From: Octopus sinensis
Taxonomy: Eukaryota
Direction of reading: 5' to 3'
Assembly: GCF_006345805.1 (NCBI RefSeq)
Contig: NC_043000.1
Coordinates: 118,544,001 to 118,608,000 of the forward strand
DNA: 64,000 bases
Shown: piece by piece, positions 27,141 to 41,233 of the stretch
Numbering within the stretch: the first letter of the stretch is position 1
Layout of the letters: every line of letters begins with the position of its first letter
The notes under the pieces: model-generated
Databases searched by the model: none
The model's input: only the letters and a program-made list of their open reading frames with translations
Told to the model about the DNA's origin: nothing
Position numbers and translations under genes: made by a program

Positions 27141-27746
27141 ATTCTTTTTTCTTTATTGCCCACAAGGAGCTAAACATAAAGGGGACAAACAAGGACAGAC
27201 AAAGGGATTAAGTCGATTATATCGACCCCAGTGCGTAAATGGTACTTAATTTATCGACCCCGAAAGGATGAAAGGCAAAGTCGACCTCGGCGGAATTTGA
27301 ACTCAGAATGTAACGGCAGGCGAAATACCTATTTCGTTATTACCCACAAGGGGCTAAACACAGAGAGGACAAACAAGGACAGACATAGGTATTACGTCGA
27401 TTGCATCGACCCCAGTGCGTAAATGGTACTTAATTTATCGACACTGAAAGGATGAAAGGCAAAGTCGACCTCGGCGGAATATGAACTCAGAACGTACCGG
27501 CAGACGAAATACCTATTTCTTTACTACCCACAAGGGGCTAAACGTAGAGGGGACAGACAAGGACAGACAAACGGATTAAGTCGATTATATCGACGCCAGT
27601 GCGTAACTGGTACTTAATTTATCGACCCCGAAAGGATCAAAGGCCAAGTCGACCTCGGCGAAATTTGAACTCAGAACGTAGCGGCAGACGAAATACGGCT
27701 ACGCATTTCGCACGGCGTGCTAACGTTTCTGCCAGCTCGCCGCCTT
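27141..27746 (-). mobile_element. SINE family B trimer with a single 16-bp TSD
   Basis: One head and three ~184-bp units; TATGATTATGTATTTG at 27125-27140 and 27746-27761. Confidence 0.93.
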
Positions 27747-27988
27747 ATGATTATGTATTTGTATAAAGAATTCCTAGAGTCGGTTATTAAAGGTATCTGT
27801 GTGTGCACGCGTTTGTGTATCTTTGTATGTGTTTGTATATGATTGTATGTATACGCACGCATCAGAATTATTAAGATAAACCTTACTTGGAAGAGGGTGC
27901 GTGGTGTTCAATCACATAATAATATAAATAATTTATATATATATGCATATGTACATACGTATATTACGTATATGTACCTACTTACATC

Positions 27989-28082
<94 letters not shown>

Positions 28083-28111
28083 CATACATAAATATATATA
28101 TATATATATAT

Positions 28112-28182
<71 letters not shown>

Positions 28183-28251
28183 CATGTATGTATATATGCA
28201 TATGTGGGCACAGGACGTCATGAAACGTGTACAACAAAAAATACGAAGTAC

Positions 28252-28374
<123 letters not shown>

Positions 28375-29263
28375 GGATGGATTTTATTAAAGTGAATCCA
28401 TAAAGGTACGAGAGATACCAAAGTGGAATAATCAACAAATTGGTTGGACAGAATGGTACAAGTCAAACAGTTAAATAAACCATTATCATAATACTGAAGC
28501 ATCGATGGAGGGAAGTTCGCTATTGTTTGGTAATCCACACCACTGATAGTATCGAAAATAATCAAAATATGAAATGAACCTTAAGCGTTGCGTAAAAACA
28601 TATTAAAAACAGACGATTTAGGTTATCTGGTGCTCTTGTAATTATTTCATTAAGAGTCTTTATTGTGATGTAAACATGGTGCATTCACGTTTATCCGAGA
28701 GTGGATAGCACGATGAGATTCTAAATTAAAGGATTGTTCGAATGTATTTCTATTTTAAAAGTGTCGTGAAAATTAGCTACCTCGCTTATAAAGGCTGGTA
28801 CTGGTAAAACAGTCTGGCATCCCAGCAGGGAGGAGGCGCGCTAAGCATGACATTTGACCCCATCAAAACACATTTTCAGATGATTGCCGAGGTCGGTCTA
28901 TAAAAAAGCCATTTATAGAGTTATATTGTTTAGGAAAGACGATGATGAATAAATTCCATCGTCATTAAGTCATTTACTAATTTTACATTCATTAAAGTAC
29001 TCCGACTAATTATTGCAGTATGATCATTGATTAATAACTTTAATTAAGGAAGATCCTGATAAATAATCTTATGGATATTTTGTATACGGCATAACTGCCT
29101 GTACTATGTTTACAGCACGATAAAAACTCTTGATGAAACAGCTGTAGCCAGTTGTCTGTTTTTATTAAATGTGTATGCGTGTGTGTGTGTGTACAGAAAC
29201 ATATAGAGTGAAAAAGAGGAATAGAGAGAGGGAACTAGATCTCTCTCTCTCTCTCTCTCTCTG

Positions 29264-29311
<48 letters not shown>

Positions 29312-29395
29312 TCTAATTCTCTCTCTTTTTCTCACTTTATCTGTTTCTGTACACACATACGCACACGCACATTTATATATACATATATACATATA

Positions 29396-29463
<68 letters not shown>

Positions 29464-29464
<1 letters not shown>

Positions 29465-32430
29465 CACAACACCCCAACTACAATGAAATGAAAGAAGACA
29501 TCGCAGAATTCTGCAGAAATTAAGACTTACTGAGGAGCTATACGATAAATACAACGAGGACGAATCGTTAGCCAGAATAGGAGTAACTACACCCCCCCGA
29601 AAGTAAGAATAAAACACTTGATGATTTCTGTGACCACATATCAAATTGCCCATATCAACATATGCACAAACAAAAACACAAACCAAACTTCAGCAAAAAA
29701 GAATGGGCTGAGTTGAACAAAGTAAAACTAGATAAAACAATAACAATCAAGAGGCCGATAAAGGGAGTGCTGTTGTCTTAATGGACACGACATTATACAT
29801 AACTTTGGTACTTTCTATGCTGGAAGACACAACATACTATGAAAAGGCACAAAACTACAGTCAACAAAAAATAATGAGGGAACTAAAATCTATATAAACC
29901 CATACAAAGCAGGGCTCACCGACAAAGAATATGATTATATGACCAATTTCACAAGTAAAACTAGCCAATTCTACGGTATACCTAAGATCCACAAAAGTGA
30001 AAAATAAGCAACGCATGCAAGATAGCTACAGACAAAATAATTAAAGTCCCTAATCCTAATGACCTCAAATTGAGACCCATAATAGCAGGTCCCGCATGCG
30101 AAACCCACCGCCTCAGTAACTTTTTAGACACCCTGTTAAAACCACTCCTCAACATGTCAAAGTTATATAAGGGACGACTTAGATATGCTCAATCACCTAC
30201 CGAATACTATAACAAAAAACACCATACTGGTATCCTTCGATGTAGTCAACCTCTACTCCCTAATTCCCCACAACCTAGGACTAGAGGCAATCCAATTCTG
30301 GCTAGAGAATCACGCCAACGAACTGCACACCGCATCAAAAAAGAATTTGTGATAGAAGGGGTCAAATTCATCCTGGAAAATAACTTCTTCGCCTTCAATG
30401 ACACTTCTACCGACAAAATCGGGGACTGCGATGGGTACACGAATGGCCCCCTCCTTTGCCAACCTAGTCATAGGATACCTAGAGATCAGTCTGTATCGTA
30501 AGGTTCTAGAAAGATATGGCAGCCCTTTCTCCATCTACATAGAAACAACTGGAAGAGATATCTAGATGACTGTTTCATCCTTTGGCATAAAAATATAGAA
30601 AAACTCATAGAATTCCAGAAAATTTTAAACGGACTGGACGTAAACATCCAATTCACGATGGAATATAGCCAACAACAACTCCCCTTCCTCGATATCCTCA
30701 TTAAGAAAGCTAATAATATAATAGAAAAACAACATATACTATAAGCCTACAGACTCTAAGCAATATCTTCCATTCAATTCATGCCACCCCAGACACACCA
30801 GGATGAATATCCCCTTCAATCTAGCAAAAGGATATGCACTATAGTCTCTAACGCAAACACCAGAGACACACGACTACAAGAACTAAAGATACCCTAATCA
30901 CCAGGAACTATCCCCTTCACTTATTGACAAGTGCATTCAACGTGCCCTTCAACTTAACATCAAGGAACTGAGACATCCCAAATCAAAGAAAAACTTACAA
31001 CCAAAAGCCTTACCATACATCTCCACACACAACCCTCTCAATAACGAAGCCTTCGACACCATCCTCCACAACATACCCCTCCTAAAAAAGACCACAGAAT
31101 GAACACAATCCTCCAAACACACACGATCATAAAAAGCAAAAGACAGCCTAGATCCATGAAAGTCTCCTTACACAAGCCCGAATTCACTCCTCAACACAGA
31201 AGCCGACAGTAAAAAAAATGTGGAAAGACCCAATTGCGGGATATGCGACTATCTAATTGAGGGATCAGAGTTCTCCTTCAAGCAGGGACAACGGTTTACA
31301 GTGAAAAGCAACTTCACATGTGCTTCGGAGAACCTAATATACCACTACTAACCTGCTCCGGGTGTCAAGAGCAGTATATAGGCCAAACAAAAATGGTTGC
31401 GTAAACGAATGGCCCTGCACAGATCCCAGATAAAAATTCCCCAAAACAGAAAAGTAGCTTTTAGCCAACACATATATACTTGCGCCAACAAAAAACACCA
31501 AACTTCAGAATTTTCCCCCTCTACCAATTTAGGGACGATACAACCTCGAGACAACGAATAAGTAAAGAAAATATCTTTATTACAAAATACAAGCCACTTC
31601 TAAACGGTCTACGACAAACAATTAATATACCTCAACTTTAGAATAAAAGAAAAAATATATATACACACAAATATTACACTCCATAGAATCCATTACTAAT
31701 CAGCCCCTTCAGCTATACTTACACCCATTCATATTCCCCTTCTCTGTTTTTTTTTCTTCTCTCTTCTTCATCATCACATTATCATCATCATCGTCGTCAT
31801 CATCTCATCACCACCACCATCATCACCACCATCTCTCCTTCTCCTCCTTCTTCTTCATCATCATCATTATCATCATCAATCGTCGTCATAATCATCACCA
31901 CCACCACCATCATCGTCATCTTCTCCTTCTCCTTCTTCTCCTTCTCTTCTCCTTCTTCTTCTTCTTCTTCTTCTACTTCCTCCACCCCCTACCCCTTAAC
32001 TTTGTCACTAATTTTTTTTAGTATAACACCTACGCTAATTCTATAAACCTACGCTAATTCCATAAACAAGCCTGTCAATATAAATATTCTCCTGATTGAA
32101 CTGAGACTGCCAGCCGCCACTGACCATTCAAAATACGACCATCAGGGCACTCCCAGATTCTCCCATCCCCCTTTCCCCCCAGCCTTCTTCCTCTACTACC
32201 CTTCCAAGAACTCACAACGACCTCCGACACACAAGTGCAAACAAGGGAGTCAGAGAAAGGCAGAATGCCACTTAAATCTGAACACTACTATAGAAATATT
32301 CTTTTAAAAAACTTTTCTTCTAATTTTTCTAAATTTAATTATTTAATCGTTACAGTTGAAAAGGTCTCAAAATGACCGAAACCGGTACTGAAATGTTCAC
32401 TATAAAATTATTTTAGCATTTTCTATTTTT
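29464..32430 (+). mobile_element. 5'-truncated, frameshifted Penelope-like element (RT + GIY-YIG)
   Basis: LRPIIAGPACETHRLSNFLD, SFDVVNLY, GTAMG, WKRYLDDCF, LPFLDI, YKPTD, then NLIYTLTCSGCQEQYIGQT; coding ends near 31625; hammerhead-like motif at 32351-32392. Confidence 0.95.
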
Positions 32431-32477
32431 GACTTGTTTTTCCATATATATCAACTCGTGTGTTCCTTTTCACCCTT

Positions 32478-32521
<44 letters not shown>

Positions 32522-32726
32522 GTGTGTGTGGGTGGGTGTATATATATATATATATTATATACACACACATAAGAGAGAGTCAAACAGAATTTAAATATCG
32601 AATCTACATACATTTTAAGTTAGACAATTTATTCAAAAATTGTAAATAGCTACACTGAACAATTGCTGTGTATGAATATAAAATTATAAAATTCAGTTAA
32701 CATACACAGAGATACATTCCCATGTA

Positions 32727-32758
<32 letters not shown>

Positions 32759-32854
32759 GATATATGACTGCACATATTCTGCAGCTATATAGTATAGACT
32801 ATTAAAGGTGTATACACATACATACATGCATACATACATACATACATATAAACG

Positions 32855-32899
<45 letters not shown>

Positions 32900-33114
32900 T
32901 TACATATAATATATAATATATAATATATATATTTTTTTTTGTTTGCAAGCGAATATTGGCCTGCAAAGAAACATTGAGATCTAAAATTCAAAATACAATT
33001 ATATAAACGCATGAATTTATAACCAATTAAACGTACGCACTCTCCAACAGACATACTCACAATAAAATTTCAAAGTGAACAAATGAACATTAAGGAAGTT
33101 ATAAACAAACAAAC

Positions 33115-33186
<72 letters not shown>

Positions 33187-33296
33187 AAAAAGGACGATAA
33201 TGATTCTTTTAATGTTGAAAGTACGGTGAATTACCAGTACACATAGTACATACACTCTCAGATGTACATAAGTATAATGTATGATGATTGTGTATA

Positions 33297-33875
33297 TATA
33301 CCGCGGTTTCAGAAAATAATGGAAATATAATTTTTTTAAATATTTCTTCTAAATCATGTGGCCCCTACCGTGAAGCATGCAGATGGGTCTGTGATTATTT
33401 TGGCTGTCATATCATGGAATTCTCGTAACCCTTCAATTGTTCAACATGGCAAAGTGTTAACGCCAAGGTTTATGGGAGTATTTTGGTTGCTCATATCTAT
33501 CCCATGGAAGAAAGATTATTTTCTGATAATTGTGCAATTTCCAAGAGGACAATATGCCGATTCGAACGTCTAATGTAACTCAAAATTAGTTCGAAGAATA
33601 CACAAGTGAAGTAGACCATTTTCACTGATCCCCACAATCATCGGATCTTAATATAATCAAAAATTTATGGTAAATTTTGGAAAAGTAAGTGACAAGCCGC
33701 TTCCCTCCTCCATCGTTGCAGTTCATTGAGAAGATTGTACATGGGCGCTTGGCACGAAAGACACAAAACATTGAAGGCATTGATTATGTCAAAAGCTTGG
33801 CATGGAGTATCGACAAGTATATGACATCCCACTCCATGCAATTCAAGAACAAAAGGCCCCCATCAAGTAGTTAAA
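33297..33875 (+). mobile_element. Tc1-like transposon remnant (transposase C-terminal half)
   Basis: PTVKHADGSV, FQEDNMPI and SPQSSDLNIIKNLW match Tc1 PTVKHGGGS / FQQDNAP / WPPQSPDLNPIENLW. Confidence 0.88.
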
Positions 33876-33939
33876 AGTACTTGATGGAGGCCTTTTATAT
33901 ATTTATATATAATTATATATATATATATGTATATACACT

Positions 33940-33970
<31 letters not shown>

Positions 33971-33999
33971 TTATTATCATTTTTAATTGTTACACATAT

Positions 34000-34206
34000 C
34001 TCTCTTTTACTCTTTTACTTGTTTCAGTCATTTAACTGCGACCATGCTAGAGCACCACCTTTAGTCGAGCAAATCGATCCCGGGACTTATTCTTTGTAAG
34101 CCCAGTACTTATTCTATCGGTCTCTTTTGCCGAACCGCTAAGTGACGGGGACGTAAACACACCAGCATCAGTTGTCAAGCAATGCTAGGGGGACAAACCC
34201 AAACAT

Positions 34207-34250
<44 letters not shown>

Positions 34251-34410
34251 CATATATACGACAGGCTTCTTTCAGTTTCCGTCTACCAAATCCATTGGTC
34301 GGCCCGGGGCTATAGCAGAAGACACTTGCCCAAGATGCCACGCAGTGGGACTGAACCCGGAACCATGTGGTTGGTTAGCAAGCTACTTACCACACAGCCA
34401 CTCCTGTGCC
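34000..34410 (-). mobile_element. SINE family A, full length
   Basis: Nearly identical to 23890-24300. Confidence 0.92.
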
Positions 34411-34747
34411 TATATATACAAATATATACATACATATATAATATACATATATATATGTGTGTGTACACATATATAAATGTATATATATAGGAAGAGAGAC
34501 AGACAGAGAGAAAGAGATATGCATGCATGCATGTATGTATTTATGTAGGTTTATTTGTGAACAACTTACAATATTATATTCCAGCTTCACTCCTCGCATA
34601 TTTCCCAAAGATCGCACATTAAATTTGTGTAAAAGCAGAATATATTGGAATAGTGTATAGGGGTGGGGGTGAAATAAGACATGAAGAAATAGCAAGGAGG
34701 AAAAAATATAAACGGAAAAAAGCAGAAGAAAAGTTTACAACATTCTT

Positions 34748-34748
34748 A

Positions 34749-34786
<38 letters not shown>

Positions 34787-35007
34787 CAACGATGACGGTG
34801 ATGACGACGCTAACGACGACGACGACGACGACGACGAAGAAGAAGAAGAAGAAGAAGAAGAAGAAGAAGAAGAAGAAGAAGAAGAAGAAGAAGAAGAAGA
34901 AGAAGAAGAAGAAGAGAAGAAGAAGAAGAAGAAGAAGAAGAAGAAGAAGAAGAAGAAGAAGAAGAAGAAGAAGAAGAAGAAGAAGAAGAAGAAGAAGAAG
35001 AAGAAGA
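34748..35007. repeat. Compound trinucleotide microsatellite (GAT)n-(GAC)n-(GAA)n
   Basis: Read directly from the sequence; one phase shift near 34915. Confidence 0.97.
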
Positions 35008-35585
35008 TTGGAATAATGACGGCAGTTACAAGCAGCAACGATGTGATGTTTAAAGTGCAGAAATTAGATGGTTGCCGAAGGTTAATATTTTGGTCTTGAC
35101 CAAAACAATGTTTACCAAAATGAGTGAGTAGACAAGAAGATTAACGTTTTTTAACTAAACCACCTGCTTCTATATTATTGCCTTTGGAAGAAAAAAACAA
35201 TACGTGGATGAAAAAATGGGAAACATGCTTTGCTTTGATTTTATGAAAAATAGGTAAATTAAGGAAACAGAATTGTTTTGCAGACAAAGAAGAGAGGCTG
35301 ATAAAAAAAAAAAAAAAGCTCGCTTTCTTCAGTTCGGTTTCCGTGCCTATCTCCATGTATGGCCAGGAATGTTGAGTAATAACTGAAAGAGTATGATCGC
35401 GAATATAAACAGCTGAAATGGAGTCCCATCGAAGGATCACTAGACAAGTGTTCCTCGACAGAATGCGTAGCTCATTGTTTTAGCAGTTTCTCCAATGCGA
35501 ACCACTACTTCTCCACATTGAGAGGTAAGATCTCCGGTACTGTGAACACGAGATTAGAATGTCGTAGGAAAGGATAACAAGACCG

Positions 35586-36185
35586 AGGCGAGCTGGCAGA
35601 AACGTTAGCACGCCGGGCGAAATGCTTAGCGGTATTTCGTCTGCCGTTACGTTCTGAGTTCAAATTCCGCCGAGGTCGACTTTGCCTTTCATCCTTTCGG
35701 GGTCGATGAATTAAGTACCAGTTACGCACTGGGGTCGATGTAATCGACTTAATACCTATGTCTGTCCTTGTTTGTCCCCTCTGTGTTTAGCCCCTTGTGG
35801 GTAATAAAGAAATAGGTATTTCGTCTGCCGTTACGTTCTGAGTTCAAATTCCGCCGAGGTCGACTTTGCCTTTCATCCTTTCGGGGTTCGATAAATTAAG
35901 TACCATTTACGTACTGGGGTCGATGTAATCGACTTAATCCGTTTGTCTGTTCTTATTTGTCCCATCTGGGTTTAGCTCCTTGTGGGTAGTAAAGAAATAG
36001 GTATTTCGTCTGCCGTTACGTTCTGAGTTCAAATTCCGCCGAGGTCGACTTTGCCTGTCATCTTTTCGGGGTCGATGAATTAAGTACCAGTTACGCACTG
36101 GGGTCGATGTAATCGACTTAATCCCTTTATCTGTCCTTGTCTGTCCCCTCTACGTTTAGCCCCTTGTGGGCAATAAAGAAATAAG
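35586..36185 (+). mobile_element. SINE family B trimer
   Basis: Units start at 35631, 35815 and 36000 (184 and 185 bp period), with a single head. Confidence 0.93.
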
Positions 36186-36193
36186 GATAGCTA

Positions 36194-36685
36194 GGCCAAT
36201 GACAATAACATTTGGCTGCTTCAACTCTGGTGTCAAGTTCTATGTCCTTGTCATAAATTCGAACAAGAAGCAAGAGAAATATCATGAGCTTTGATACTGA
36301 TTTAATGATTAACTAAAACAGAGGTCACAAGCGGTCGCGTGTGATATTTTGTCTCCCTTCCTTTCATTAAAGTAACATGTAATAAATCGACAATGGTTTT
36401 TCCATAGCTAGAAATTGGTTTCATATTCTGATTCCCCTTCGGATATTTCTTTTAAACTGAATGTTTTCTTCTTTGTACAATTGAAGTCACTATCAAGCCC
36501 AATATGCAAATATGAAGGCAATGTTTGAAAGCGTTCACGTTTATCACTGGCTTAAAAACGCTGCTTTACTTTAAATCACCGAAAACTGTTTTTTCGAGTT
36601 GACAACTTCCTTTACTCGACATGGTACGTAGCAATGTCAGATTATGCAGCTAACATGCAGAATGTAATAATTCTAGATCTAAAAG

Positions 36686-36721
<36 letters not shown>

Positions 36722-37263
36722 CTAAAATACAGGAATCTTTTCAAAGACTATGTTGCAGAATTAATTTTTATTAGTTATGACGATAGATCAATTGTAATAG
36801 GGTCTGATCAAATGTTAGTTGTATTGAGGCGAAAAATATTCACTTTGACTTCATCTCTCTTCCAAAGTGAAATTCGTCAAACAATTACAATACTTATGAC
36901 TCAAAAGAAAATGGCCCAAACAACAACATTATCAACGTTAATTCTGTTTTTCTAATACAAGCGGTCGAAATTGGATTCTTCGAAAGATCTCCGTAGTAAC
37001 GTTACACGATAGGGTGCATATTTCGGAGATCAAGGAACCAATCCATGTCGAGCCGCTGTCTCTTCGCATTGGTCACAGCTCAGATATAAGGACATGTGGT
37101 GAGAATGTTGCAGGAAAGAATCGTAAGATGGAACCTTGAAGTCGAGCCAAGTGGCAGGAGACCTAGGAGTAAACCAAGATCGAGATGGTTGGAAAAATAT
37201 CCATTGTCTCAAATGGTAACACTTGGAAATCTAACAGAAAAATGTAATGACGCTCGCTTCTGA
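36194..37263 (+). repeat. Copy 2 of the inverted duplicated segment, ending in an RTE LINE C-terminal remnant
   Basis: Reverse complement of 17839-19106 minus the insertion. Confidence 0.85.
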
Positions 37264-37579
37264 CAGATGATGAGGTGCGTGGGGACTCTAATTCCTCCAC
37301 CACCACCACTACCCCTTCAGGAATGGTGAGGAAAGAAGATGGAGGAATTGTTAAAAAGTTACGTACGAAAAATGAAAAAGTATATCACGGAAATATAAGC
37401 AGTTAAACTTTTAAGAAATAATAGAAAAAAGGAAATTTTGAGCATTTGGGTACATTGATTAAACTAGGCCTAGATAACTGGGTGTAAAAAAAGAAGAACC
37501 GGGTTTTTGGTTGATGAGAAACCAAAACATATGAATTACTTTTGTGTCTTCATTGAATTGGATGAAAACTATTTCTTTT

Positions 37580-37967
37580 ACTTTTGTTTTCTTTTACTTG
37601 TTTCACTCATTTGACTGCGGCCTTGCTGGAGCACCGCCTTTAGTCGAACAAATCGACCCCAGGACTTATTCCTTGTAAGCTTAGTGCTTATTCTATCGGT
37701 CTCTTTTGCCGAACCGCTAAGTTACGGGGACGTAAACACACCAACATCGGTTGTCAAACGATGTTTGGGGACAAACACAGGCACACAAACATACACATTC
37801 ACACACACACATATATATATATATATATTTATATACGACAGGCTTCTTTCAGTTTCCGTCTACCAAATCCGAGGCTATAGTGGAAGACATTAGCCCAAGG
37901 TGTCACGCAGTAGGACTGAACCCGGAGCCATGTGGTTGATAATCAAGCTACTTACCACACAGCCACT
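37580..37967 (-). mobile_element. SINE family A, near full length
   Basis: Head, CORE-like segment with a small deletion, and tail. Confidence 0.88.
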
Positions 37968-38453
37968 CTGCGCTGTTTTCACATGTTTATTCCTTTATGT
38001 ATATTTTCTGTTGCAGACAGAGCAGATGACTGCTTGGTCGAAGACGTTTTCTTATAACCTGCAAGCATGTCTCTTTTCTAACTTCTGATAGCTGTGAGCA
38101 CCTTTTCCTCCATATTTTCAATCTCCCTCCGGCAGTGAGAATACCATAGTGAAATGTTAGTTTTAAAATTGTTATTGATTTTGGGGGCAAATAAAAACTA
38201 ACAAATATATGATAATATCAGGACAAACCATTTTAATAAAAGCAATAGAAATATTTAGCAAGAAGACAGAAGTTTGTTAAAATAACGATGTATATTAAGT
38301 AAAATTTTAAAGTTTTATTTTTCCTGCTGAAAAATTACAAATTATAAGTTATAGTGACAGGAAAGAACAATAGTTGTTGAGCAATTTTGTTTTATTTCAC
38401 AGTAAACTGTCGGAGGCGATTATATATATTTGTGTGTCTGTGTGTATATATAT

Positions 38454-38490
<37 letters not shown>

Positions 38491-38499
38491 GTTGAAATT

Positions 38500-38645
38500 T
38501 ATTGAAAAACAAAAAACGAAGACTGATGTACAAACAATAAGCAGGTGTATTAGCTTGACGCTCGGAAAGGTGAGAAAGACTTTTACGTTTCGAGCGCTCA
38601 GCAGAAAGGAACACGATGAAATAAACAGAGAGATAAAAACTTGTG
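38500..38645 (-). mobile_element. PLE terminal-repeat fragment with a decayed hammerhead-like motif at 38580-38608
   Basis: Homologous to 10905-11075 and 52740-52990. Confidence 0.6.
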
Positions 38646-38671
38646 GAGTTAGCGGTCAATCATATATATAT

Positions 38672-38739
<68 letters not shown>

Positions 38740-39764
38740 TAGTAGCTGATCACTGGGTTCGATGTAATCGACTTACGCCCTCCTCCGAGCTTGTAGACCT
38801 TGTGCCAACATTTGAAACCAATAGCTTTATAATAGAGCCTGTCCCATTTACACTGTAAGTTCATTATATTTTGTCACCCGTTATGTTTATAAAATCATAC
38901 GATTGGCGCTTGCTTTTCCCCGCAAAAGTGTTCGAACAAGCACACATATGGGTACACACGTGCACACGCATGCACAAACATGTTGCGATTTCAGATGAAT
39001 TCGCGGGTTGTTTTTGCTTTACATTCATTTAAAACTTTTCCAATGTTATTTAAATTAATATGGAAAGTATTTTTATCATAGTCTTTTGCGGTCTTTTTGA
39101 AGCAAAATTACTCCTCAACAACTTTTGCTCATTGTTTTCAAAACTTTAATAAATGCTACCTCTCTTCAAACATACGAGTGACATTGGAGAGCCAAATAGA
39201 AAAAAAAACAACGAAGGAATATATATATATATATATACACATATATATATATATATGCGTATGTGTGTACTTTTATGAAACAGTTCTAGCTACCTTTTAT
39301 ACAATTATATAGCTGGAATATTTCTTTTACCTTAAAGTTTCTCATTTTTTTAGTGCATCGATTCGTTATGATGAAATATTTAATCAATAAGAATGAATTT
39401 CTAACATAACATCCTTCTAGTGTGATTGATACCTTTATTAGGTATCTTGATAAACTTATAATATACCTTACATTTTAACTCCTTTAAAATATCTTATTAG
39501 CTACGTACTTTTATCTTTAAATATATTTCCCTTTTATTTATTACGTTTACGTTATATTTTTGTGTACGTGCTGTGAATAATTCTATTGTTTCATAATGTT
39601 TTTCGTCATACTTGTCTTCTCTCTTCGGGTTTAATAAGTTCTAAAGTATTTGATCTTCAAATTTTTCTTTTATATGAATTGTAGCATACTTCCATTTTAA
39701 GGGGCAAACACTTTTAATGCTTTCATCCGCTCACTGATAATTCATTCTTCTTTATACATTTCAT

Positions 39765-40278
39765 CTTTTACTTGTTTCACACTTTGGACTGTGATCCTGC
39801 AGGAGCACCACATTAAAGAGAATTAGTCGAGTAGATAGACACCTCTGGTTACGGTTTATTTAAGTCTGACACTTATTTTTATCAGCTTTCTTTTGACGAA
39901 CCGCTAATTTAGGGGACATAAACGAACCAACACCATTTGTCAAACGGAGACGTAAACATACCAACACCGGTTGTCAAGCGGAAGTAGGGGAGAAACACTG
40001 ATACAAAGGCAGACACCCATTCACACCCACTCACCACACACACTCACACACAGGCATAGATGCATACATACATACATACATACATACATACATACATACA
40101 TACATACATACATACACGCATACAGTAGGATTACAGTCTCTTTCCACCAAATTCGCTCACAAGTCACTGTTCGACCCGAGGTTATATTAGAAGACACTTG
40201 CTCCAGGTGCCACATAGCAGTATTGAACTCTAAACCACGTAGTTGCAAAGGAAGCTTCTTAACCATACAGCTATGCTT
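39765..40278 (-). mobile_element. SINE family A, diverged
   Basis: Tail, CCGCTAA, GAAGACACTTGCTCCAGGTGCCAC. Confidence 0.75.
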
Positions 40279-40357
40279 ACAATTGATATGAAATATTTTT
40301 ACCATTTTATATCATTTTTTCTAGCATTTATTTTATATACTTCTATATAACACCGTC

Positions 40358-40733
40358 GAGGCGTAATGGCCCAGTGGTTAGGGTAACGGATCGTGGTCGT
40401 AGGATCGCGGTTTCGATTCCTACACCGGGCATTGTGAGTGTTTATTGAACGAAGACACCTAAGGCTCCACGGGGTTCCGGCAGGGGGTGGTGGCAAACCC
40501 TGCTGTACTCTTTCACCACAACTTTCTCTCACTCTTTCTTCCTGTTTCTGTTGTACCTGTATTTCATAGTGCCAGCCTTGTCACACTCTGTGTCACGCTG
40601 AATTCCCCGAGAACTACGTTAAGGGTACACGTGTCTGTGGAGTGCTCAGCCACTTGCACGTTAATTTCACGAGAAGGTTGTTCCGAAGATCTGATCAACT
40701 GGAACCCTTGTCGTCAGAACCGACGGAATGCCA
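40358..40733 (+). mobile_element. SINE family C (tRNA-like head), tail type 1
   Basis: GGCGTAATGGCCCAGTGGTTAG A box and GGTTTCGATTCC B box; shares the first ~190 bp with 61738-62043. Confidence 0.85.
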
Positions 40734-41233
40734 CGATATGTGACTTCACTTGTACACCTCTATTTCTTCGTTTGTATTTCTATATTTTCTTTTCAGTTGT
40801 ACTTCTACGAAGTGGCGCTGAAAAGCTCCTGGCTTTGGGTAAAAGAAAATACGAGAGGACCGATTATGATTTTATCCAACATATTGCCCTCTTAGATTCA
40901 CACACTTATTGCAGCGGTAGGGTGGGTTAGGCCTCCAACCAGGCCTTTCGCGACACCCTTAAAGCCAAGACATTTTCAGCACTTCCTAGTCCACTTCTTT
41001 TCTAGTGAGACAATAATTCTTTATAGACGCATATCTAACATTAACTTAGTAAAACTTAACTTTGCAAAACATCATATACTTCTTCTAGTTTGTTTCGTAT
41101 ATGTGCGACTTTGTTACTGTATTTGATAGGATAAAAACACACAGCTTATTAAATACACTCCTATTTAAGAAGTAAATATTCAGAAGTAAAATGGTCTTGG
41201 GGCATTAAAACATGTAATATTTAAAACAATCTA

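Noticed and set aside
35586-36185. SINE-B arrays as a CRISPR array or tRNA gene cluster
   Set aside because: The units are whole near-identical repeats; the head has Pol III boxes but no complete cloverleaf.
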